The translations under genes and the position numbers were made by a program. From positions 1-40,593 of the forward strand of contig CALMOL010000128.1 of the NCBI GenBank assembly GCA_937871685.1: DNA of 40,593 nucleotides. Direction: 5' to 3'. Positions within the stretch are counted from its first letter, which is position 1; every line of letters begins with the position of its first letter. The notes beneath the pieces are model-generated. The model saw only the letters and a list, made by a program, of their open reading frames with translations, was not told the origin of the DNA and searched no databases. Below, piece after piece: positions 6,782 to 12,949 of the stretch. Source of the stretch: an uncultured Verrucomicrobiota bacterium. GTDB taxonomy: Bacteria > Verrucomicrobiota > Verrucomicrobiia > Chthoniobacterales > SZAS-18.

Positions 6782-7007
6782 CCAACATGCAATCGAAGCT
6801 ACAAGATGGCGCATTCCGGCCGTTGTAGAGGCGGCTCTGTCCGCGAATGCGGACGTGCCGCCTGAAGCTTTCTCCCGGGTGGATGCTGCGGGATGCCCAA
6901 CTGGCGTCCACCCAAGAAGGGATCAGAGGCGGCACGTCCGCATTCGCGGACAGAGCCGCCTCTACAACCGGGGACTCGCCGATCTCGCAACTCTGATCGC
7001 GTGTTGG
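6782..7007. repeat. 226-bp nested imperfect palindrome (MITE/REP-doublet-like) inside the tRNA-like array
   Basis: Core arms 6822-6865 and 6923-6968 are reverse complements except for a 2-nt indel. Each arm is itself a hairpin (GGCGGC..GTCCGC-gaat-GCGGAC..GCCGCC). The inner stem is GGGTGGA/TCCACCC, and the outer pairing CCAACATGC/GCGTGTTGG carries mismatches. Confidence 0.7.
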
Positions 7008-7013
7008 TTTCAC

Positions 7014-7087
7014 GCGCGAGTAGCTCAGCGGAAGAGAGCGCCAGCGTTCTAATCTGGATGTCGCAGGCTCGAATTCTGCCTTGCGCG
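7014..7087 (+). tRNA. tRNA-like, anticodon TCT (Arg)
   Basis: Acceptor GCGCGAG/CTTGCGC (one G.T), TA, D arm GCTC-AGCGGAAGA-GAGC (GG present), anticodon loop GTTCTAA, T arm GCAGG-CTCGAAT-TCTGC, G73. This is the most canonical unit of the array. Confidence 0.7.
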
Positions 7088-7127
7088 TCACCGCCGAGAC
7101 CGAGCCGCGGCCCACGCACATTTTTTC

Positions 7128-7202
7128 GGGTCCATCGTCCAACACGTAGGACAGCCGGCTTTTACCCGGTCGATCTCGGTGCGAATCCGAGTGGGCCCAC
7201 CA
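7128..7202 (+). tRNA. tRNA-like, anticodon TTT (Lys)
   Basis: Acceptor GGGTCCA/TGGGCCC (one G.T), D stem GTCC/GGAC, anticodon arm GCCGG-CTTTTAC-CCGGT, T arm CTCGG-TGCGAAT-CCGAG, A73, CCA. Confidence 0.7.
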
Positions 7203-7210
7203 CTTTCCCT

Positions 7211-7302
7211 GGATGCCGTAGCGGACAAGCGCGCCGCCGCCGGTTGGAAGCCGGCTGAGACTGCCCCCATGGCGGTCTGCGGTGCAAGTCCGCCGGCATC
7301 CG
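7211..7302 (+). tRNA. tRNA-like, anticodon GGA (Ser), class II
   Basis: Perfect acceptor GGATGCC/GGCATCC, anticodon arm GCCGG-TTGGAAG-CCGGC, 7-bp long variable arm GACTGCC-cccat-GGCGGTC, T-loop TGCAAGT, G73. Confidence 0.6.
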
Positions 7303-7310
7303 GATTTTTT

Positions 7311-7388
7311 GGGCGCGAGGTGTCAACAGCTTCGCACACACGGCTCTTACCCGTTGAGGCTGGGGTGCAATTCCCCACGCGCCCACCA
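7311..7388 (+). tRNA. tRNA-like, anticodon probably CTT (Lys)
   Basis: Perfect acceptor GGGCGCG/CGCGCCC, D stem GTGT/ACAC with a 12-nt loop, anticodon loop CTCTTAC on a short stem, T arm TGGGG-TGCAATT-CCCCA, A73, CCA. Confidence 0.45.
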
Positions 7389-7392
7389 CCTT

Positions 7393-7484
7393 GGAGAGTC
7401 AACCGGACAAGCGTGCCGGAACCGCCTCGAAAACGGTTTGGACCTGGGAACAGGTCTGCGGGGCGGGACCGCGACTCTCCGCCA
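7393..7484 (+). tRNA. tRNA-like, anticodon CGA (Ser), class II
   Basis: Perfect acceptor GGAGAGT/ACTCTCC, D stem CCGG/CCGG, anticodon loop CTCGAAA, long variable arm GACCTG-ggaa-CAGGTC, T arm TGCGG-GGCGGGA-CCGCG, G73, CCA. Confidence 0.65.
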
Positions 7485-7491
7485 TTTCAAC

Positions 7492-7563
7492 GCCGACGTG
7501 GAGGATAATCTCGCCGCCCTTGTAGCGCGGAGGATGCGGGTGAAAGCCCCGCCGCCGGCTCCA
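7492..7563 (+). tRNA. tRNA-like, anticodon TGT (Thr)
   Basis: Acceptor GCCGACG/CGCCGGC (6 of 7 pairs), T8, anticodon loop CTTGTAG on CCGC/GCGG, T arm GCGGG-TGAAAGC-CCCGC, T73, CCA. Confidence 0.55.
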
Positions 7564-7574
7564 ATTTTTCAAAA

Positions 7575-7647
7575 GCTCGGGTAGCCCAACCGCAGAGGCA
7601 AGGCGTCGAGAACGCCGCCAGTGAGGGTGCAACTCCCTTCCCGAGCA
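7575..7647 (+). tRNA. tRNA-like, anticodon GAG (Leu) without a long variable arm
   Basis: Perfect acceptor GCTCGGG/CCCGAGC, TA, anticodon arm GGCG-TCGAGAA-CGCC (C33), T arm GAGGG-TGCAACT-CCCTT, A73. Class I length (73 nt). Confidence 0.5.
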
Positions 7648-7660
7648 CTTCTTTTTCAAA

Positions 7661-7732
7661 GTTCCCGAAGCGCAATAGACGCGCGCCGCCCTGCGAAGGC
7701 GGAGGGTGCTGGTGCAACTCCAGCCGGGAACA
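7661..7732 (+). tRNA. tRNA-like, anticodon GCG (Arg)
   Basis: Perfect acceptor GTTCCCG/CGGGAAC, D arm GCGC-AATAGAC-GCGC, anticodon arm CCGCC-CTGCGAA-GGCGG, T arm GCTGG-TGCAACT-CCAGC, A73. Confidence 0.65.
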
Positions 7733-7743
7733 CGCTTTCCCAC

Positions 7744-7814
7744 AGCCCCATGGGGTAACGCAGCACGGCGGTCTTTGAAGCCGTTCGGTGATCGTTCGAG
7801 TCGATCTGGGGCTG
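7744..7814 (+). tRNA. tRNA-like, anticodon TTG (Gln)
   Basis: Perfect acceptor AGCCCCA/TGGGGCT (weak A1:T72), anticodon arm GCGGT-CTTTGAA-GCCGT (two G.T pairs), canonical T arm GATCG-TTCGAGT-CGATC, G73. Confidence 0.55.
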
Positions 7815-7824
7815 CTTTTCTCTC

Positions 7825-7885
7825 GGATCGTAAACCGGACAAGCAAGCCGGCGCGCGGTGCTAACGCGACGGACGACGGCCATCC
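7825..7885 (+). pseudogene. truncated tRNA-like unit, anticodon GCT (Ser)
   Basis: The 5' half parallels the Ser(CGA) unit (GGATCGT aa a CCGG-acaagcaag-CCGG, loop GTGCTAA). There is no variable or T arm before the acceptor-like GGCCATCC. Confidence 0.3.
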
Positions 7886-7969
7886 ATGCCGTGGTTGAGG
7901 GGCAGGCCCTCTGCGATCCGCATTTTCCCGATGGATGGACACCCGCCGCGCGGCGCCACCACTCTGCCC

Positions 7970-8551
7970 ATGAACCACCTCGACCAAATCACCGTCCTCG
8001 TGCTCAACCGCTCGTGGCAGGCGATCCACGCCAAGACGCCGGCGCAGGCCTTCGTCATGATGGCGTCAGACGCGGCCACCGCGCTCGACATCGAGAACGA
8101 CCGCATGACTCCGGTGCGTTGGGCCGACTGGCTCAAGCTGCCGGTGCGCGAGACCGACGCCCGCGTGCAAACCGCGCGCGGCCCGGTGCGCATTCCCACC
8201 GTGCTCGTGCTCGCCCGCTACGCCAAGGTGCCGCGCCGACGCCCGCGCTTCTCGCTGCGGGCGGTGTGGGAGCGCGACGGCGGCCGCTGCCAATACACCG
8301 GCCGCACGCTGGCGCTGGGCGAGGGCAACATCGACCACGTCCTCCCGCGCTCGCGCGGCGGCCGCACGAGCTGGGACAACTGCGTGCTCGCCGACCGCGC
8401 GGTGAACTCGCGCAAGGGCGACAAGCTCCCCGAAGAGGCGGGCCTCAAGCTCGCGCGCCGGCCGACCATGCCGCCCGCGCTGCCGGCGACGGTCGCGCTG
8501 CGGAACCCAAGGAACATTCCCGAGTGGGATCTCTTCCTGCGGCGCGGTTGA
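7970..8551 (+). CDS. HNH endonuclease
   Basis: HNH core GRCQYTGRTL...GNIDHVLPRSRGGRTSWDNCVLADRAVNSRKGDK. The start is taken at MNHLDQITVLVLNRSW (ATG 7970) rather than the ORF-track ATG 7886, which overlaps the last tRNA-like unit. Confidence 0.8.
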   Translation: MNHLDQITVLVLNRSWQAIHAKTPAQAFVMMASDAATALDIENDRMTPVRWADWLKLPVRETDARVQTARGPVRIPTVLVLARYAKVPRRRPRFSLRAVWERDGGRCQYTGRTLALGEGNIDHVLPRSRGGRTSWDNCVLADRAVNSRKGDKLPEEAGLKLARRPTMPPALPATVALRNPRNIPEWDLFLRRG

Positions 8552-8660
8552 GTGCGCCGTGACAACGCTGGATTGCGCACTGCGGCGAGTCTCTTCATTC
8601 TCGCCGCAGCGCCATCTCATCTCGCTCCCGGGCAAGCGTCAGAGGCCGCCAAGGAATTGC

Positions 8661-8684
8661 GCCCGCCTTCGGCCGGGATTTTTT
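8661..8684 (+). terminator. rho-independent terminator after the HNH gene
   Basis: GC hairpin CCCGCC-ttc-GGCCGGG followed by aTTTTTT. An additional perfect 10-bp hairpin CTGCGGCGAG/CTCGCCGCAG lies at 8580-8609. Confidence 0.5.
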
Positions 8685-8785
8685 CTGAGGGGAATTCTGT
8701 CGATCAACCACTCATGGATGAGTGATCTGGTCGCGAGGCTCGAATCCCGATTCTTTCGAGCCGAGCGAGCGACGTCACAGAAATC

Positions 8786-9481
8786 GTGTCCAACCTGCCA
8801 ATGCTTCAGGATTCGCTCTGCCTTTTGTCGAGCAACGATGTCGTCGGCTTGGCAGCGGGAATCCCGGAAGACCGTCATTCATCGGAACAGCCGGCCGACC
8901 AAGCCAGCCGATGGGACGAGATCGACGAGGTCTTTCACCAACTGCTCCCGCGGATGCAGCGCAACGATTTGGCGGCCTGGGACGAGTTCTTCCAGGTCGC
9001 ATGGCCGTTGGTGTTTCGGACGATTTTCCGGCTCTCCGGCAAGTTCACCCACGAGGATGCCGAGGAGATTTCGCAGGACACGCTGGCGACCGTTCACGCG
9101 TCGCTCGATACGTTCCGCGGCGAGAGCAAGTTTCGGGTTTGGATGCTTGGGATCGCTTGGCGAAAGGCCCAGGGCAGAATCGCTCACCAGAATGCCAGGA
9201 AGCGACGAGGCGAGCAGGTCGAACTCGATTCCGAGATCGTGGATGAGGCCGCTTGCCGCCCTTCCGATGCCATCGCGCAAAAGGAGGATTCGGAGAGGAT
9301 CCGATCGGCCCTTGGACGGCTCCAGGATCATTGCCGCGAGGTGATCGAGCTCCGCTACTTTGCCGAGCTTCCATACGACGAGCTGGCCGACCTCTTCGGC
9401 GAAAACGTGAAGACGATTGGCTCCCGGCTTTCCCGCTGCCTCGCCGCCTTGGGAAAGCTCTTCCACGCCTCAAGACGATGA
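8786..9481 (+). CDS. ECF-type RNA polymerase sigma-70 factor
   Basis: Region 2-like DEFFQVAWPLVFRTIFRL...EDAEEISQDTL and region 4-like CREVIELRYFAELPYDELADLFGENVKTIGSRLSRC. The N-terminal start is uncertain. Confidence 0.8.
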   Translation: MSNLPMLQDSLCLLSSNDVVGLAAGIPEDRHSSEQPADQASRWDEIDEVFHQLLPRMQRNDLAAWDEFFQVAWPLVFRTIFRLSGKFTHEDAEEISQDTLATVHASLDTFRGESKFRVWMLGIAWRKAQGRIAHQNARKRRGEQVELDSEIVDEAACRPSDAIAQKEDSERIRSALGRLQDHCREVIELRYFAELPYDELADLFGENVKTIGSRLSRCLAALGKLFHASRR

Positions 9482-10158
9482 GACCACATGACGATTTCCA
9501 AAGCGATGAGCCTCCGCGGCGAGCTATCCCGCGCCGTGGCTTGGAATGGAATGGTCGGGCAGCGAAGAATCCGGCAGGACATCGCGGCCAACTGCCAGCT
9601 CCCGTGGACGGCGGCGCAGCGTCTGCCCGGCCAGATTGGGAAGGGAGCGCGATGTCCGCGCTCGAGCGGGAGAGGCGCCGGCGGGACGATGATCTGTCGC
9701 CGGAATCGCTGACCATTCCGCCGGTGATTCGAAACCGCTTGCTGCGGCAAGCGTGGGCGGGAAGCGAGGCCGTGGAACGAAGCTTGGCGCCTCGTCGAAC
9801 GTCACCTGCCAGATGGCTCGTCCCGGCGGCCGCGGGCCTGCTTGTGTCGCTCGCGTTTCTGTCCCTGAGGGACAGCACGGATCCGCGTGCTTTCGCGGCC
9901 AAGACGAATGACTCGACCTTGTCGGTCCAAGACTGGGCGTGGGAGGCAAGCTCGCCAGATCCGTTTTCAGGCAACTTGGCTTTTGAGGAAAGCCTCCTCG
10001 CCCGCCTCGGAATCCTCGCGCGAAAGGATGCGGAAGTCTCATTCACGAAGCTCGTTGTGATCGACCGGATGGTCTTGGAGCCGCGGGTGCTCCTTTCCAA
10101 CCGCTTCCGCATGGCCATTGGATTGGATCTGACCGCGATCGAGGCGGATGGGAGCTGA
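9478..10158 (+). CDS. putative anti-sigma factor (single-pass membrane protein)
   Basis: The ATG overlaps the sigma stop (ATGA coupling). One hydrophobic segment, WLVPAAAGLLVSLAFLSL. No recognisable domain; an alternative start is at 9652. Confidence 0.45.
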   Translation: MRPHDDFQSDEPPRRAIPRRGLEWNGRAAKNPAGHRGQLPAPVDGGAASARPDWEGSAMSALERERRRRDDDLSPESLTIPPVIRNRLLRQAWAGSEAVERSLAPRRTSPARWLVPAAAGLLVSLAFLSLRDSTDPRAFAAKTNDSTLSVQDWAWEASSPDPFSGNLAFEESLLARLGILARKDAEVSFTKLVVIDRMVLEPRVLLSNRFRMAIGLDLTAIEADGS

Positions 10159-10265
10159 TCGCGCGGTAAGCGTGAAAAACCTGCACGCGCCGATGAACGC
10201 GCGGATGGGCGTCACGCCAATCGGCGAACGTTTTCGGATTTCCCGCCCCGCCGGATCGAGTCGCG

Positions 10266-10385
10266 TTTTGGAGGGCGGTGGCAAGCGACAGCGCTTTTGA
10301 CTACAAAGCCGCGCCCTCATGCCAAAGCGGTGTCGCGCTGTCGCTTGCCACCGCACTCCAAAACGTCGGCGACCTTCCGCAAGCC
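10266..10385. repeat. dispersed palindromic repeat, GGAG(T/G)GCGGTGGCAAGC family, copy 1
   Basis: Arms ggagggcggtggcaagcgacagcgc and gcggtgtcgcgctgtcgcttgccaccgcactcc, with tail aaaacgtcggcgaccttccgcaagc. Confidence 0.65.
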
Positions 10386-10442
10386 GATCGTAAGGAGAGC
10401 GAGGCTTGGGCAACTTTCGTGATCCTCGACAAGGAGGATGCG

Positions 10443-11066
10443 TCACTTTTTCGGCGTCCCGCCCGGCCGGGCGTCAGCCTTCGGGGCGATGGGCTTGGCC
10501 TTATTCAGCGTCGCCACGGCGTCGGTGGTGAAGTCGAAGGCCTCCTTGCTGAAAAGGATGACCGGCACGCTGCTCAGGCTTTGCCCAGACTTGTCGAAGA
10601 CGAGTTCATACCCGCCTGCCTTTACCCGTTCGCTGACCACCTGCATGATGTCCTCGACGATGGCGTTGCGCATGCGAGTCGCCATCTCCTGGAGATGCCG
10701 TTCACGCGTGGTTTTGAACTCGGTGATCTCACGCTCCAGGTTGCGCACCTCGGCGATCTTGTCGTCGCGCTGCTTCCCCTTCTGCTCGCGCGCGCCGGCG
10801 GAAAGCTCCGGCTTCTCCATGTCGCGGTTGAGGGCGTTGATGTCCTCCAAGACCTTGTTGCGGGCCTCCAGGCGGTCGTCCATCTCCTTTTTGGCCGAGA
10901 GCCGCGACTCGTTCATGCGCGCTTCCGCCTCCTTGGTCTTGAAGTAGTCCTGGAAGACCTTGCTCATATCCACGGTCCCCACCTTCAACTCGGCCTTCGC
11001 CTCACGCGGAGGAATGGCGCAGGCGAGGACAAACGGGAGCGCGAGAAAAGCGATGAGCTTGGACAT
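10443..11066 (-). CDS. skp: OmpH/Skp family periplasmic chaperone
   Basis: Signal peptide MSKLIAFLALPFVLACA, then a Lys/Glu-rich coiled region (VDMSKVFQDYFKTKEAEARMNE...) typical of OmpH. The ATG is at 11066. Confidence 0.75.
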   Translation of the reverse strand: MSKLIAFLALPFVLACAIPPREAKAELKVGTVDMSKVFQDYFKTKEAEARMNESRLSAKKEMDDRLEARNKVLEDINALNRDMEKPELSAGAREQKGKQRDDKIAEVRNLEREITEFKTTRERHLQEMATRMRNAIVEDIMQVVSERVKAGGYELVFDKSGQSLSSVPVILFSKEAFDFTTDAVATLNKAKPIAPKADARPGGTPKK

Positions 11067-11406
11067 GAGTTTTTCGAATCTGAGGATTTCGGAGGGAGGG
11101 AGCCCGCGTTGACCCGCGGTCACGCGTTCCCAAATGCGTGAGTGCGAAAACGGCCCGGAGTTCCCTCGCGACTTTCTTCGAAATCATCCCGGCCTTCGAC
11201 GACGCAGCGAGATCCGTGACGGACCCACCAGTGCCGGCGGATCGATTGCACCGTGCTCTGCGGCAGGAAGGCCGTGGACAAGGGCCGGCCCCTTTCCGCC
11301 GCCGCGCCGACTCGGGCAAGCGCTTCCCTCACGGCGTGCCGCGACAGAAGAATGGACGCCGCGCGGAGCTTTGGCGATGCTCGTCCCATCCCGAGACCAT
11401 CGCGCC

Positions 11407-11619
11407 ATGGAACGCACCCCTGTGACCTCGTCGTATCTCGAAGCCATCGGCTATTCCTACGACGCGCGGGTGCTCGAGGTCGAGTTTCGCGCCGGCGGCG
11501 TTTACCAATACGATGGCGTCCCGGAGAACCGCTACGAGGCCCTCATGCGCGCGAGATCGAAGGGGCGATACTTCCGCGCCCAAATCAAGGATCGGTTTCC
11601 CACCCGGAAAGTGGGCTGA
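11407..11619 (+). CDS. KTSC domain-containing protein
   Basis: 70 aa: SSYLEAIGYSYDARVLEVEFRAGGVYQYDGVPENRYEALMRARSKGRYF, matching the KTSC pattern. Confidence 0.65.
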   Translation: MERTPVTSSYLEAIGYSYDARVLEVEFRAGGVYQYDGVPENRYEALMRARSKGRYFRAQIKDRFPTRKVG

Positions 11620-11787
11620 AGGAAGCGCGACGGGCTGCTCACTCGCGACGCGGCGCGGAGGCACGGGCCGCAGCCCGCTCCCCACCGAACTCCAAATCCT
11701 CTCTGCCACCGGGCGGCGCGTCCCCCGCGAGAGGCCGCCGGCGGGTTGGACGCCGGACGGGGTTCAAGCGCCGCCACGCGCGTGAGA

Positions 11788-12741
11788 TCAGGGCAGCTCG
11801 TAAACTTCCACGAGCGCGGTGCCGGGCACGTTGTTAGCCGAGGAAATCACCGCGGTGAACGGGCCGGCCGGCAGGGTGAGGATGGAGGCTGCCTCGTTGG
11901 CGTTCGTCGGCGCGAGGCCCAGCGACTGGATCTCGGCGGCGGCGGCGTCGGCCTGCCAGTCGTCGTTGCCGCCCACCAGTTGGCCGGCGGAGTTGAAGAC
12001 CTGGAAGCTCGGGTTGGCCAGCGGGTTGGCGACGCGGCTCGCGGACAGGGACGGACCGAGAGCACGGATCAGCACGCGCTTGGTGTCGGCGCCCTGGATG
12101 ACGAAGCCGGCGATCATGCGGTCGTCGCCCGCCTCGACCTTGCCGCGGGTGGACAAGTTGATGAGGCGGCGCGTGGTGGCCGGAGCCGTCTGCGTGAGGC
12201 CGGTCACGGCGTAGGAGTCGATGCGGCCGTCGAGCTGGCCGTTGTCGGAGCGGAATTCGATGGTGCGCTTGTTGTCGAAGGCCGTGGCCGGGAACTGCTG
12301 CACGGGCAGCGCGGTGGAGGAAAGGAGCGCCACGTTGTTGGACTCGAGGCGCGTCTTCACCTTGATGTTGTTGAAGCCGTTGACGGTGAAGCGCGAGTCG
12401 TTCTCGAACTCGTAGCCGTCCTCGGTGGCACCGTTGGTGATCTCGATGGTGGTGCCGGTGGTGGAGAAGGTGTAGTCCCCCACGAGGAAGGAGAACGGCG
12501 CGGCCGAGGTTTCGAACTTGCCCCCGGTGGCGGAGGGATCGCGGTCCGGCGCGGCGAGGTCCACCTGCGTGGTGAGCACGAAGGTGGTGCCGGCGACGAC
12601 GGTGGAGTTCCACGCGCCGGACACGGAGGTGACCGTGCCGCGCACGGTGATGACCTGGAAGTCAGCGGCGCGCAGGAACGCGAAGGGCAAAGCGAGAAGG
12701 GCGCCGGCGACGATGGGACGGAGGAGACAAGGAAGGGGCAT
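11788..12741 (-). CDS. secreted hypothetical protein
   Basis: Signal peptide MPLPCLLRPIVAGALLALPFAFLRAADF. The body is beta-rich and the composition is coherent throughout. Confidence 0.6.
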   Translation of the reverse strand: MPLPCLLRPIVAGALLALPFAFLRAADFQVITVRGTVTSVSGAWNSTVVAGTTFVLTTQVDLAAPDRDPSATGGKFETSAAPFSFLVGDYTFSTTGTTIEITNGATEDGYEFENDSRFTVNGFNNIKVKTRLESNNVALLSSTALPVQQFPATAFDNKRTIEFRSDNGQLDGRIDSYAVTGLTQTAPATTRRLINLSTRGKVEAGDDRMIAGFVIQGADTKRVLIRALGPSLSASRVANPLANPSFQVFNSAGQLVGGNDDWQADAAAAEIQSLGLAPTNANEAASILTLPAGPFTAVISSANNVPGTALVEVYELP

Positions 12742-12949
12742 GGCGAACGAAGGGATGGGCGGGTTGCGTTGATGGAGGCGGAAATGCGGGCGCAAAGGGC
12801 GGCGGCCCCGGGGCATCGAAAATCCGCGCGGATGCCGGCGAGAAGTCCGGCGCGCCCAAGGGAAAGCGCGATGGATGCCAAGCTGTCGTCCGCCCCCCGT
12901 TCCGCGAGAAGGCAACGGTAACGCGCTTGTTACTTTTGGCGGGCCGCCC

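Noticed and set aside
4936-7883. About 40 overlapping ORFs of 60-250 aa on both strands across 4.9-7.9 kb
   Set aside because: None has protein-like composition or motifs. The region is fully explained by consecutive tRNA-like cloverleaves and palindromes. Duplicated peptide strings such as VVEAALSANADVPP simply reflect the inverted repeat.
7886-7969. ORF-track start of the HNH gene at 7886
   Set aside because: The first 28 codons overlap the truncated tRNA-like unit. The conserved N-terminal pattern (ITVLVLNRSW) begins right after the ATG at 7970.
3517-8700. att-type direct repeat of the tRNA(CAT) 3' end marking an island boundary
   Set aside because: Only an 8-nt match (ttcaattc near 4899) was found, which is not significant. 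No integrase gene is visible.
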